Shown one piece after another: positions 19,265 through 28,939 of a stretch of 64,000 nucleotides of DNA; the stretch's first letter is position 1; each line of letters begins with the position of its first letter. The stretch is from NCBI GenBank assembly GCA_035627655.1, contig DASPLI010000001.1, positions 259,355 through 323,354 on the forward strand, given 5' to 3'. Under the pieces are notes generated by a model. It ran no database searches. It was not told the origin of the DNA and worked only from the letters and a program-made list of their open reading frames with translations. A program made the translations under genes and the position numbers. The stretch is from Minisyncoccota bacterium. Lineage in GTDB: Bacteria > Patescibacteriota > Minisyncoccia > Phycocordibacterales > Phycocordibacteraceae.

Positions 19265-20464
19265 ATGGCAGATGCATTCGATCGCAGCAAGCCGCATATG
19301 AACGTGGGTACCATCGGTCACGTCGACCATGGTAAGACCACGCTCACGGCTGCAATCCTGAATGTCCTCAACCTCAACTCTGCTGCTGGCTACAAGGCCC
19401 GCGTCGAGAAGGTTGAGAACATCGACAACGCTCCTGAGGAAAAGGCACGCGGTATTACTATCGCGCTCCACCACTCGGAGTACGAGAGCCCGAAGCGCCA
19501 CTACGCGCACATCGACGCTCCTGGTCACGCTGACTACATCAAGAACATGATTACGGGTGCCGCCCAGATGGACGGCGCAGTTCTCGTGGTTGCCGCAACT
19601 GACGGCGCAATGCCGCAGACCCGCGAGCACATTCTTCTTGCAAAGCAGGTCGGTGTGCCTCGTCTCATTGTCTTCCTCAACAAGGTAGACATGGTAGATG
19701 ACAAGGACATGGTTGACCTCGTTGAAGAGGAAATCCGTGAGCTCCTTACGAAGCAGGGCTTCGATAAGGACACTCCTATGATCCGTGGTTCCGGTCTCAA
19801 GGCTCTTGAGGCATCGGATGCAAACGATGAGTGGGCCCTCAAGGTCAAGGAACTCGTCGACACCATGGACTCGTACTTCCCAGATCCGAAGCGCGAGACC
19901 GACAAGCCGTTCCTCATGGCAATCGAGGACATCTTCTCGATTGAAGGTCGCGGTACCGTCGTTACCGGCCGCATCGATCGCGGTGTGGTCAAGGTAGGTG
20001 AGGAAGTCGAAATCGTTGGTCTTCAGGACACGGCGAAGACGACCGTCACCGGTATCGAAATGTTCAACAAGCAGCTTCCGGAAGGTCAGGCTGGCGACAA
20101 CGCTGGTATTCTCCTTCGCGGTACCAAGAAGGAAGACGTGCATCGCGGTCAGGTGCTTGCCAAGGTAGGCTCTGTGACCCCGCACACCGATTTCGAGGCA
20201 GAGGTATACATTCTCTCCAAGGATGAAGGTGGTCGCCACACGCCGTTCTTCACTGGCTACAAGCCGCAGTTCTACATCCGCACGACGGACGTAACGGGCG
20301 AAGTAACCCTTCCTGAAGGAAAGGAAATGGTGATGCCGGGTGACACCGTGACCTTCAAGGTCAAGCTCACCGCACCGGTCGCCATGGAGGAGCAGATGCG
20401 CTTTGCTATCCGCGAGGGCGGCAAGACGGTCGGCGCCGGCGTTGTGACGAAAATCACTGCGTAA
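19265..20464 (+). CDS. tuf: Elongation factor Tu
   Basis: [22 protein letters not shown]; canonical EF-Tu. Confidence 0.97.
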   Translation: MADAFDRSKPHMNVGTIGHVDHGKTTLTAAILNVLNLNSAAGYKARVEKVENIDNAPEEKARGITIALHHSEYESPKRHYAHIDAPGHADYIKNMITGAAQMDGAVLVVAATDGAMPQTREHILLAKQVGVPRLIVFLNKVDMVDDKDMVDLVEEEIRELLTKQGFDKDTPMIRGSGLKALEASDANDEWALKVKELVDTMDSYFPDPKRETDKPFLMAIEDIFSIEGRGTVVTGRIDRGVVKVGEEVEIVGLQDTAKTTVTGIEMFNKQLPEGQAGDNAGILLRGTKKEDVHRGQVLAKVGSVTPHTDFEAEVYILSKDEGGRHTPFFTGYKPQFYIRTTDVTGEVTLPEGKEMVMPGDTVTFKVKLTAPVAMEEQMRFAIREGGKTVGAGVVTKITA

Positions 20465-20488
20465 GCACTAACCGCTTATCGTACTCGT

Positions 20489-20851
20489 ATGGCAACTGCA
20501 AAAGCGACCAAAAAAACTGCGAAAGCCGACTCGGCACCAGCTGGTGAAGCGAAGCTTCGCATCCGGGTCCGCGCCTACGAGCACAAGATCCTCGACCTCT
20601 CCGTCAAGCAGATCATGGATACTGCGAACCGATTTGAGGCGAAGATCGTTGGACCAGTGCCGCTTCCAACCGAAGTAAAGCGCTGGACCGTCAACCGCTC
20701 CACGTTCGTCCATAAGGACGCACGCGAGCAGTTCGAGATGCGCATCCACAAGCGCCTCATCGATATCCTTTCGCCGAATCCGAAGGTCATCGAGGCTCTC
20801 ACGAACCTCAACCTTCCGTCCGGCGTGACGATCGACGTGAAGATGGTCTAA
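20489..20851 (+). CDS. rpsJ: 30S ribosomal protein S10 with ~18-aa Lys/Ala-rich N-terminal extension
   Basis: IRVRAYEHKILD...GPVPLPT matches S10. Confidence 0.93.
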   Translation: MATAKATKKTAKADSAPAGEAKLRIRVRAYEHKILDLSVKQIMDTANRFEAKIVGPVPLPTEVKRWTVNRSTFVHKDAREQFEMRIHKRLIDILSPNPKVIEALTNLNLPSGVTIDVKMV

Positions 20852-20863
20852 CGACCACTAGCA

Positions 20864-20897
20864 AAACCGCCCCAGAGATGGGGCGGTTTTGTCTTTC
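20864..20897. terminator. Intrinsic terminator after rpsJ
   Basis: AAAACCGCCCC-AGAGAT-GGGGCGGTTTT + GTCTTTCC. Confidence 0.8.
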
Positions 20898-20898
20898 C

Positions 20899-21228
20899 CT
20901 AGTGCCGGGTTTCGTTCCCAGGCATTTGCGTAATGTTGTTTGGGGGTGGAGCGGTCTCTGGCATCGCGGCTACGATGCTTGCGCCAACAACAGCATCGCC
21001 AACCTGCTCGCGCTGAGCGACTGCTGCTTTGACCGAATCACCAAACTGCTGTTCGAGGTCCATGCTATGGCCGCTGCGAAACAGAATCTGGCCGTTGTAC
21101 TTGAGCGTGTCATGCATCACGTCGATGTTGCTTTTAGCAATAGCGGCAGGATCGCGAGTGATGGGAGCTGCTTCAGACTTTCGTTTCCAAAACATAGAGT
21201 ACGTATGGTTAGAGGGTACGTATTCCAT
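20899..21228 (-). CDS. Hypothetical protein
   Basis: 109 aa ORF in minus frame; the overlapping plus ORF is Cys/Trp-rich and less protein-like. Confidence 0.3.
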   Translation of the reverse strand: MEYVPSNHTYSMFWKRKSEAAPITRDPAAIAKSNIDVMHDTLKYNGQILFRSGHSMDLEQQFGDSVKAAVAQREQVGDAVVGASIVAAMPETAPPPNNITQMPGNETRH

Positions 21229-21313
21229 TGTTGCACGGGTATACCGGTGGGCAAGACAAGTTATTGCGTATTTTGAAACAAGTGTTTTACTGGTGCGAGG
21301 AAAGGAGGCCCGT

Positions 21314-21529
21314 ATGAAAGCATTGATCGGGTACCTGATGTTGGCAGTTTTTGGTTTGATCGGTCTGGCGCTTGCGGCAGCGGGGGTGCTGATGCTTATC
21401 TACAGCCCCCTCGATGTTCGCGGGTTCCTCTTCGATCTTTCCGAAACGGAACTGCACCGTTTTGCCTGGCTTCTGGTCGCGGGAGGGGGTTCCGTCCTCA
21501 TTCTGCTCCTGGTTGCCAGTCGAAACTAA
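21314..21529 (+). CDS. Small two-TM membrane protein
   Basis: ATG 21314 preceded by AAGGAGG. Confidence 0.45.
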   Translation: MKALIGYLMLAVFGLIGLALAAAGVLMLIYSPLDVRGFLFDLSETELHRFAWLLVAGGGSVLILLLVASRN

Positions 21530-21557
21530 GCTGAAGGGCTGCATAGTGCAGCCCTTC

Positions 21558-21670
21558 TTGCATATTCAGAGGTACCCCTGTATAGTGCCCGAGTCGCTAT
21601 GTCCTGCGGGACCACTAGCTCGGGAGAGGGAAGCCTCGAACGCGCCTAGTGAAGGCGCGCTTTATTTTTT
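21558..21670 (+). promoter_or_regulatory. S10-operon promoter (TTGCAT-N17-TATAGT) and structured leader ending in terminator-like hairpin CGCGCC-TAGTGAA-GGCGCG + TTTATTTTTT abutting the rplC ATG
   Basis: Hexamers 21558-21563/21581-21586; nested hairpins 21587-21660. Confidence 0.45.
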
Positions 21671-22282
21671 ATGAAATTCATTCTCGCGCGGAAAGACCGC
21701 ATGACCCAGATCTTCCAGGCGGACGGTCGGGTCAAGGCTGGCACGGTCCTCAAGACCGGCCCGATGACCGTTACCCAGGTAAAGGGTCCGGAGACCAAGG
21801 ACGGCTACAACGCCGTGCAGGTTGGTTTTGAAGCTAAGAAGCCTGAGAAGGTGAACAAGGCACAGCGCGCCACCAAACCATTTCGCGTACTCAAGGAATA
21901 CAAGGTAGAAAACCCAGCTGATTTCTCCGTCGGCTCCCCGGTTTCGCTTGATACCTTCGCCGTGGGCGATGAGGTTCGTGTTGTTGGTACCTCAAAGGGT
22001 AAGGGCTTTACGGGCGTCGTGAAGCGCTACAACTTCAAGGGCGGTCGCCGCACGCACGGTCAGAAGCACTCTGAGCGCGAGCGTGGTTCCTCCGGCGGCG
22101 GTCCAGGCCGTGCTGGCGGTCGTGTCGCACTTGGTATGCGCATGGCAGGTCGTGCTGGTACCGATCGCGTTACCGTGAAGAACCTTCGCGTGCTTCACAT
22201 TGATGCTGCAGCGGGCGAGATCATCATCTCAGGTGCCGTTCCAGGCGCACGTGGCTCCTTGGTCGAGATTATCGCTGCGTAA
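21671..22282 (+). CDS. rplC: 50S ribosomal protein L3
   Basis: Canonical L3. Confidence 0.95.
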   Translation: MKFILARKDRMTQIFQADGRVKAGTVLKTGPMTVTQVKGPETKDGYNAVQVGFEAKKPEKVNKAQRATKPFRVLKEYKVENPADFSVGSPVSLDTFAVGDEVRVVGTSKGKGFTGVVKRYNFKGGRRTHGQKHSERERGSSGGGPGRAGGRVALGMRMAGRAGTDRVTVKNLRVLHIDAAAGEIIISGAVPGARGSLVEIIAA

Positions 22283-22292
22283 TTATTTTCGT

Positions 22293-23051
22293 ATGGCAAC
22301 TACTAAAAAAGCACCGGCAAAGAAGAAGGCAGCCAAGAAGGCAGTCGCTCCGAAGGCAGCGAAGAAGGAGGTCGTCGCAGCAAGCGGCGAGGCGGTCGTC
22401 TACGGCATGAACGGTGCAAAGAGTGGTACCATCGCTCTTCCGGCCGAGCTCTTCGGCGCAAAGTGGAACGCTGACCTCGTACACCAGGTCGTCGTTGGCA
22501 TGCAGGCAAATGCTCGCCCGACGGTCGCACACACTAAGTTCCGCTCGGAGGTATCCGGCGGCGGTAAGAAGCCGTGGAAGCAGAAGGGTACCGGCCGCGC
22601 ACGCCACGGCTCGACGCGCTCTCCGATCTGGGTCGGCGGTGGTACGACGCACGGTCCTCGCGCTGAGCGCGACTACACCGTGAAGATCAATCGCAAGATG
22701 CGCGCTCGCGCCCTTGCTTCGCTTCTCTCAAAGAAGCTTGCTGATGGCGAAGTGATTTTTGTGGAGAAGCTCGCCTTCTCAAAGCCAGCAACCAAGGAGG
22801 CAAAGGCAGCGCTCGTTGCAATTGCAAAGGGTGCAGGCGCAGACATGCTTGCGACCAAGCGCCAGAACGCTGCAGTCATCGCGCTTTCTTCGAAGGATCG
22901 CAATGCCGAGCGCTCGTTCCGCAACATTGGCAGCCTCATCACGGAAGAGGTGCGCAACCTCAACCCGGTTGATCTCGTAACGAAGAAGTACATCGTTATC
23001 GAGAATCCGGTAGACGCGCTTCCGGTACTCGTTTCCCGTCTCACCAACTAG
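22293..23051 (+). CDS. rplD: 50S ribosomal protein L4 with Lys/Ala-rich N-terminal extension
   Basis: ATG 22293; canonical L4 core. Confidence 0.92.
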   Translation: MATTKKAPAKKKAAKKAVAPKAAKKEVVAASGEAVVYGMNGAKSGTIALPAELFGAKWNADLVHQVVVGMQANARPTVAHTKFRSEVSGGGKKPWKQKGTGRARHGSTRSPIWVGGGTTHGPRAERDYTVKINRKMRARALASLLSKKLADGEVIFVEKLAFSKPATKEAKAALVAIAKGAGADMLATKRQNAAVIALSSKDRNAERSFRNIGSLITEEVRNLNPVDLVTKKYIVIENPVDALPVLVSRLTN

Positions 23052-23054
23052 CGT

Positions 23055-23417
23055 ATGGCACTCTTTTCTAACAAAACCAAGAAGTCCGAGAAGAAGGCAG
23101 CTTCAAAGGCTCCGGCTCCTGCAAAGGCGCTTGAGAACTCAAAGCTCGAAGTCGCACTCGCTGCTCCGTGGATGAGCGAGAAGGCGCTTATCGGTACCGA
23201 GCGCGGTGTCTACGTCTTTGCTGTTCCGGCTGACGTCACCAAGACTGACGTTGCGCAGGCAGTCGAGCGCATCTACAAGGTCGTGCCGACGAAGGTGAAC
23301 ATTGCGAATCTTCCGGCTAAGCGCAAGGCGCTCCGCACTCGCCGCGGCTTTGGTGTTCGCGCACGTCGCCACAAGGCCTACGTCTACCTCAAGAAGGGCG
23401 AGACCCTCGAGTTCTAA
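23055..23417 (+). CDS. rplW: 50S ribosomal protein L23 with N-terminal extension
   Basis: Canonical L23 core. Confidence 0.92.
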   Translation: MALFSNKTKKSEKKAASKAPAPAKALENSKLEVALAAPWMSEKALIGTERGVYVFAVPADVTKTDVAQAVERIYKVVPTKVNIANLPAKRKALRTRRGFGVRARRHKAYVYLKKGETLEF

Positions 23418-23427
23418 TGCAATTCAT

Positions 23428-24270
23428 ATGAAAACCTACAAGCCATACACCAAGAGTCGTCGCAACATGACCACGCTTCCGTACCGGGAGCTCCTCTCTG
23501 GCGATCGCCCAATGAAGTCTCTCTTGAAGTCCAAGAAGGCGCAGGCAGGCCGCAACTCGCAGGGTCGCGTCACGACGCGCCATCAGGGCGGCGGGCATAA
23601 GAAGCGCTACCGCGATGTCGACTTCGTTTATAACAAGAAGGACATTCCGGCACGCGTCGAGACCGTTGAGTACGATCCGTACCGCACCGGCTTTATTGCG
23701 CGCGTTGTCTACGCAGACGGCGAGCGCCGCTACGTCCTTGCACCGAAGGACCTCAAGGTTGGCAGCACCTTCGTCGTCTCTGAAAACGCGCCGGTGAAAG
23801 TTGGTAACCGCCTTCCGCTTGGAAAGATTCCGACCGGCACCTTTGTCTACAACATTGAGCTCAAAGCAGGCGCAGGCGCAAAGCTTGCACGCTCTGCTGG
23901 TAACTACGCAGAAGTCGTCGCACATGACGCCGGATTCGCGCAGCTCAAGATGCCATCGACCGAAGTTCGCAAGATCACGGACAAGGCATGGGCATCCGTT
24001 GGCGCTGTGGGCAACGAAGAGTCCCGCCTCGTGAAGTTTGGTAAGGCTGGCCGCTCTCGCTGGCACGGCATTCGCCCGACCGTTCGCGGTACTGCCATGA
24101 ACCCGGTAGATCATCCGCACGGCGGCGGCGAAGGACGCCAGGGCCGCGGCCTCCGACGCGCAAAGTCCATGTGGGGCAAGCCAACCGGCAAGGGCCAGAA
24201 GACTCGCACCCCAAAGAAGTACTCGAACGTTTTCATCGTCTCGAGGCGTAAAGTGGGCAAGAAGGGCTAA
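23428..24270 (+). CDS. rplB: 50S ribosomal protein L2
   Basis: ATG 23428; PVDHPHGGGEG motif. Confidence 0.95.
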   Translation: MKTYKPYTKSRRNMTTLPYRELLSGDRPMKSLLKSKKAQAGRNSQGRVTTRHQGGGHKKRYRDVDFVYNKKDIPARVETVEYDPYRTGFIARVVYADGERRYVLAPKDLKVGSTFVVSENAPVKVGNRLPLGKIPTGTFVYNIELKAGAGAKLARSAGNYAEVVAHDAGFAQLKMPSTEVRKITDKAWASVGAVGNEESRLVKFGKAGRSRWHGIRPTVRGTAMNPVDHPHGGGEGRQGRGLRRAKSMWGKPTGKGQKTRTPKKYSNVFIVSRRKVGKKG

Positions 24271-24279
24271 TAAAGAACA

Positions 24280-24310
24280 AGCTCCGCAATCGCGGGGCTT
24301 TTTCTTTTCT
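24280..24310 (+). terminator. Intrinsic terminator directly after rplB (unusual position: S10 operon normally continues into rpsS)
   Basis: AGCTCCGC-AATC-GCGGGGCT + TTTTCTTTTC. Confidence 0.7.
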
Positions 24311-24349
24311 TGTATACTGCCGGCAGACTTGTACGAAAGGAAACAAGCA

Positions 24350-25192
24350 ATGACCGCGATACGCATCAAAGAGCTCGCGGAGATCGGACTGGTGTACATC
24401 AGTTACCCGCCCGAGCTGCGTGCTGCCATGGCAAAAGCAATGGAGTCCTGGAGAGTGTTCTACGCGCTCCCGGATGAGCAGAAGCTTCGCTTCGGCTATA
24501 TTCCTGACGCCAAGACGAGCGGCAACGGCTACGAACTCAAAGGCAAGGCCGGCGATGTGGACCGTAAAGAGAACATTCACCTGCGCCCCATCGTTCGCGA
24601 CGAGCTTATGGAGGCAGCGCATCGCGTTGACTCGGTGATCGCTCCGCGGTTCATCGAAGACGCGCTTGCCTTGAATCCGCTCATCGCTCCGCTCTTGCGA
24701 GCGTTTGGTGAAGCGGTTGAACGCGAGTACGACGTGCCCGGGTTCGCCGACGACATTATGGCCAAGCAGTCCGAATGGTTGCTGCGGTTCCTGCACTATC
24801 CGGGAGGCCGCAAGGTGGGCGAGGTGATCGCGCATCCGCATGTCGACAAAGGAGGATTCTCACTTCACCTCGACGAAAGTCATGGTGGCGTGCAGCGCCT
24901 CTCCTACGGCACGCGGGAGTGGGAACCGATGCCGCTCTCTCACAAGGAGACGGCCATCTTCACCGGTACCGGACTTCAGCATCGTTCGCAATGTCGCTTG
25001 CGTGCACTCAGCCACCGCGTGGTGGCGGTGCCGGGTGCTGCTGAAGAAGGTCGGGATTCCGCTGTCTGCTTCGTCGACTTTGCGCATCGCCGCTACTTCA
25101 ACAAAGAGAAGTTCGGCTCGCAGCAAGACTGGGCGCCAGGCGCGTTCTACGACATGCCGTTTGAAGAATACGACAAGCTCTTCATTGACTAA
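24350..25192 (+). CDS. 2-oxoglutarate/Fe(II)-dependent oxygenase superfamily protein (isopenicillin-N-synthase-like)
   Basis: HPHVDKGGFSLHLD (HxD) ... LSHRVV (distal His) pattern; ATG 24350 after GAAAGGAAACAAGCA. Confidence 0.55.
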   Translation: MTAIRIKELAEIGLVYISYPPELRAAMAKAMESWRVFYALPDEQKLRFGYIPDAKTSGNGYELKGKAGDVDRKENIHLRPIVRDELMEAAHRVDSVIAPRFIEDALALNPLIAPLLRAFGEAVEREYDVPGFADDIMAKQSEWLLRFLHYPGGRKVGEVIAHPHVDKGGFSLHLDESHGGVQRLSYGTREWEPMPLSHKETAIFTGTGLQHRSQCRLRALSHRVVAVPGAAEEGRDSAVCFVDFAHRRYFNKEKFGSQQDWAPGAFYDMPFEEYDKLFID

Positions 25193-25195
25193 GGA

Positions 25196-25233
25196 AACGG
25201 CCCGGGATACTCCCCGGGCCGTTCTCTCGTTTA
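25196..25233. terminator. Bidirectional hairpin terminator
   Basis: AACGGCCCGGG-ATACTCC-CCGGGCCGTT. Confidence 0.6.
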
Positions 25234-25240
25234 TGACAAG

Positions 25241-26041
25241 TTAGCGGTAGCGAGTCTTGAGAAGATCAGCAAGATCGCTTCGCGAGATGCGTGCTTCCTG
25301 GGTGCCGAGCGCCCATGGGCCAACCTGATACGGCGGGAAGATAAGGACGAGATCGGCACCATCAAGATAGAACGTGGTGAAGTTGCTTATCTGAGCCTCG
25401 GTTCCCGCATCAATCATACTGGTGTCCATCTCCGACTGCGGGATGTTCATCGCCTGCGCAATCTTTGGATAAAGGATGGCACGGGAAGTTTCGGAGAGTA
25501 CAGGGAGGAAGTTTGCGCCCGGGGTAAACAAGTCGTCGATCGTCAGTTCTTCGCCGCTCATGCGGTCAAACGTAAACGTCTTGTAGTAGGCATTCGGATG
25601 CGCACCCATCGTATCGGCATAGATGAGGTAAATGTAAGAGAGCGTTACGGGTGACGTTCGTGTTTCGTACTCCATGCCGAATGCGAACTTCCGATCTCCG
25701 CCAAGACCCATCATATCGATGTCTGCTTGAGTGAGCGTCGCAAGACCGCTGTCCGTCTTGAATTGCGCGATCTGCGCTTCAGCAAAGGTTTTCATGAGTG
25801 CGACGGCAGCTGCATCGGCTTGTGCGCCCGCAGTCGCGCGAAGTGGGGTGTCGCCCGGGTAGGTGACGGCAATTTCGTGGTACTGGCCGTCCTCGGTGAT
25901 GTACTGAGGGCCGGAAACGGAGCTTCCCTCAGGGGCAAGCTCGATACCTGGGGAAGGGCGGGAGAGTACATACCAGAGCACGCCTCCAGCAAGGGCAAGA
26001 ACGACGACTGCAGCAACGACAGGCAAGGGTTTAAGTTCCAT
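25241..26041 (-). CDS. N-terminally membrane-anchored protein with DUF3298/DUF4163-like (RsiV C-terminal-like) domain
   Basis: GAHPNAYYKTFTFDRMSGEELTIDDLF pattern typical of DUF3298. Confidence 0.5.
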   Translation of the reverse strand: MELKPLPVVAAVVVLALAGGVLWYVLSRPSPGIELAPEGSSVSGPQYITEDGQYHEIAVTYPGDTPLRATAGAQADAAAVALMKTFAEAQIAQFKTDSGLATLTQADIDMMGLGGDRKFAFGMEYETRTSPVTLSYIYLIYADTMGAHPNAYYKTFTFDRMSGEELTIDDLFTPGANFLPVLSETSRAILYPKIAQAMNIPQSEMDTSMIDAGTEAQISNFTTFYLDGADLVLIFPPYQVGPWALGTQEARISRSDLADLLKTRYR

Positions 26042-26111
26042 ATACGTTCCATCATAGCCTACCTTGACTTTGTCTTGAAAATGTCGTAAACCGCGGACAG
26101 CACTTGCTTTT

Positions 26112-26130
26112 TCTGTCTACTTAGTGTACA
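26112..26130. promoter_or_regulatory. Palindromic candidate operator TAGTGT-N7-ACACTA in divergent promoter region upstream of PP2C gene
   Basis: Same half-sites and spacing as site upstream of pnuC (49709-49727). Confidence 0.45.
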
Positions 26131-26218
26131 AATGACACTAGGTAGCGAAATGGCGCTGCAGTTCCTTGAAAGGACCCATAACCCATTGCATCTAATCAAT
26201 TGAAAGGGGGTTGATCCC

Positions 26219-27052
26219 ATGGAGCTACTTCCGTTCTCGGTCGCCGGCGGTTCAGTCCCCGGTACCGAGCACACCAAGCCAGGGCAACCCGGCTGGACCA
26301 ACAACCAAGACGCATTCGCATGGTCGCAGGTACCAGGCGCACTTGCCGCTGTCGTTTGTGACGGCTGCGGAGGCGCGCCAAAGAGCGAAGTTGGGTCGCA
26401 GCTCGCTGCACCCTTCATCGCCTTGCGGCTCGCAGAACTGTGTCGAAGCATGAGCGTCGATGAGGCGCTCCTACTCGTCAATCTTCAGTTGAAGAATTTC
26501 TTGAGTGCGACCGCCAACCACTTGGCGCACAGCGTTCATGATGTTCCCAACATCGCAGGTGACTACTTCCTGTTCACGGTGCTCGGCGTCGTCATGACGC
26601 CCGAGCGTACCGTGATCTTTGAAGCGGGGGATGGCGTCTACGCCGTAAATGGCGAAGTCGTATGCATCCCGCCTTATCCCGATAACGCGCCGCCCTACTT
26701 GGGGCATCGTCTGACGGGGTGGTATCCGCAAGAGAAGATCGGTATTCGCATCCGTGCGGATCTGCCGACAGCGAAGGTCAACACCATTCTTATCGGCACC
26801 GACGGAGTCGCAGACGCGATAGCCGTCGCCGATGAGTTACTTCCCGGCAAACGACAGGGAGAGGTTTTCGGACCGATCCAACAATTTGTCGAGAACGATC
26901 TCTTCGTTCGTAATCCAGACGCAATTCGTCGGCGCCTCGCGCTTGCGAATCGCGAGCTGGTAGACGGAGAACATATCAAGAAAGGTCTGCTGCCAGACGA
27001 CACGACTCTCGTTGTCGTGCAGCGGCGGATCGAAGGAGGCAGCAATGCCTGA
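26219..27052 (+). CDS. PP2C-family (PPM) Ser/Thr protein phosphatase
   Basis: GxxHxxNQD, VCDGCGG, GTDGV, DDTTLVVV blocks; RBS AAGGGGG. Confidence 0.75.
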   Translation: MELLPFSVAGGSVPGTEHTKPGQPGWTNNQDAFAWSQVPGALAAVVCDGCGGAPKSEVGSQLAAPFIALRLAELCRSMSVDEALLLVNLQLKNFLSATANHLAHSVHDVPNIAGDYFLFTVLGVVMTPERTVIFEAGDGVYAVNGEVVCIPPYPDNAPPYLGHRLTGWYPQEKIGIRIRADLPTAKVNTILIGTDGVADAIAVADELLPGKRQGEVFGPIQQFVENDLFVRNPDAIRRRLALANRELVDGEHIKKGLLPDDTTLVVVQRRIEGGSNA

Positions 27053-28910
27053 CTATGTCATCAACGGCAGAACGCTTACGCTTCGGCCAAAAGACGCAGT
27101 CGGGAAGGGAGGAGAAGCGGACGTCTTCATCGAAGGCGGACGCGCGATCAAGATCTACAAGTCGCCGCGTCACCCGGACTTTACGGGCGACCCTGAAGCG
27201 CAAGCTGCGGCGCGCGATCGGATCGAAGAGCATCAGCGAAAACTCCCCGCATTCCCGCGCGGGCTTCCGGGGCGAGTCATCGTCCCGTCGGAGCTCGTGT
27301 ACGACACACACGGTCGCATTGCCGGCTACAGCATGAAGCCCCTCTTGGGTGCTGAAGTACTGTATCGGTACGGCGAACGTTCCTTCCGCGATGCCGGCGT
27401 CAAAGACGAAACGGCGGTCGCGGTTCTTGCCGACCTTCGCGGCACGGTAGAAGCCGTGCATAACGCGAATGTCGTCATCGGCGATTTCAACGACCTCAAC
27501 GTACTCGTCCTCGGACGAAACGCGCATCTGATTGACGCAGACAGCATGCAGTTCGGATCGTTCTATACGCGCGTGTTCACGACGAAATTCGTGGACCCGC
27601 TCATCTGCGATCCGAGAGCGAAGGCGCTCATCATGCGGGAGCCGCACAACAAAGCTTCCGACTGGTACGCCTACGCTGTCATGCTGATGCAGACACTACT
27701 GTTCGTAGGACCCTATGGCGGCGTGTATGCGCCGCAGGATCCTACCAAGCGGATTCCGCACGATCTGCGGCCGCTTCGGCGGGTGACGGTGTTTGACGGA
27801 GACGTCAGATATCCGAAACCTGCACGCCACTACCGCATCCTTCCGGATGACCTTCTCGAGTACTTCAAAAAAACCTTCGAGAAGGACGAACGCGTCGTGC
27901 CGCCTGCGCGCCTCGTCGAGAGCCTCCGGTTCACGACGTGTGCAAAGTGTGGCACCAATCATGCGCGGGCTCACTGCCCGTCCTGCGTGCACGTTACGGC
28001 GCCCATGCAGAAGGAAGTCCATAAAGGAGGCATCTCTGCCTTCAAGGAATTCTCGACTGACGGCGTCATACTGCATGCAGTGCTTGATCGCGATACGTTG
28101 CGGTTCGTTTATCACGACACGCAGATGTATCGGCGGGAGGATGGTTCTGAGCTCGCTTCTGGCGCGCTTGATCCACACTTCCGTTACCGCATTAGCGGCA
28201 CCAAAACGATCATGGGTCGCGGCGAACACGCCATCGTCTTTGACGGTGGGCGTCGCGATCAACTTGCAGTTGAGTCCTACGGACTCTTGCCCCTCTTCGA
28301 CGCCAACGCGAAGAACGTGTTCTTCGTGCGCGACGGAGGGTTGTGGCGTATCGGCACGCTCGGGATCTCGTATCCTGAGCGCTACGGAGACGTGCTTTCC
28401 GGCCAGACGCTGTTCTGGGTCGGAGAGCAACTTGGTTTCGGTTTGTATCGGGCGGGGGAGCTCTCACGCTTCTTCGTCTTCGATGCGAATCGAGCGGGTA
28501 TCAACGATTCGGTCAAACTTCCGCCGCTACGGGGGAAGATCGTCGATGCGACTTGTTCCTTCGGCGATGATCGGATCTGGTTCCTTGTCTCGACCGCTTA
28601 CGGCGGGAAGACGACGAACTACTGCTACGTCCTCGACGGACGAGGCGCACTCCTTGGACAGGCCGAAGCAGAAGCCGGAGACGGCAGCTGGCTCTCGACT
28701 CTCCGAGGCAAGTGCGCAACGAAAGGATTTCTCCTTGCGGCGACGGACGAGGGCGTAACGCGGATTGAATCCGCTAACGGTCTTGTTCAAGTCGCGAAGG
28801 AGTTTCCTGCGACTGCTGAGTTTGTCGACGCCGAAACGCGGTTGCTCCTTGGTTCCCAAGGGCTCTATGCGATTCGGCGCGGCGAAATCTGGAAACTAGT
28901 CCTCAAATAG
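27045..28910 (+). CDS. Protein-kinase-like (PKL/APH-type fold) protein with central CxxC...CxxC zinc ribbon and C-terminal beta-rich domain
   Basis: VGKGGEADVF...AIKIYK (Gly loop + Lys), HNANVVIGDFNDLNVLV and IDADS catalytic-like blocks; ATG overlaps PP2C stop (ATGCCTGA) after GAAGGAGG. Confidence 0.6.
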   Translation: MPDYVINGRTLTLRPKDAVGKGGEADVFIEGGRAIKIYKSPRHPDFTGDPEAQAAARDRIEEHQRKLPAFPRGLPGRVIVPSELVYDTHGRIAGYSMKPLLGAEVLYRYGERSFRDAGVKDETAVAVLADLRGTVEAVHNANVVIGDFNDLNVLVLGRNAHLIDADSMQFGSFYTRVFTTKFVDPLICDPRAKALIMREPHNKASDWYAYAVMLMQTLLFVGPYGGVYAPQDPTKRIPHDLRPLRRVTVFDGDVRYPKPARHYRILPDDLLEYFKKTFEKDERVVPPARLVESLRFTTCAKCGTNHARAHCPSCVHVTAPMQKEVHKGGISAFKEFSTDGVILHAVLDRDTLRFVYHDTQMYRREDGSELASGALDPHFRYRISGTKTIMGRGEHAIVFDGGRRDQLAVESYGLLPLFDANAKNVFFVRDGGLWRIGTLGISYPERYGDVLSGQTLFWVGEQLGFGLYRAGELSRFFVFDANRAGINDSVKLPPLRGKIVDATCSFGDDRIWFLVSTAYGGKTTNYCYVLDGRGALLGQAEAEAGDGSWLSTLRGKCATKGFLLAATDEGVTRIESANGLVQVAKEFPATAEFVDAETRLLLGSQGLYAIRRGEIWKLVLK

Positions 28911-28939
28911 GTTGAGGACCATCACAACGGAGACGTAAC

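Noticed and set aside
19244-20239. 331-aa minus-strand ORF
   Set aside because: Antisense to tuf.
20878-21276. 132-aa plus ORF overlapping the minus ORF 20899..21228
   Set aside because: Cys/Trp-rich improbable composition. The minus-strand ORF was retained at low confidence and the small membrane gene starts at 21314.
23389-24399. 336-aa minus-strand ORF
   Set aside because: Antisense to rplB.
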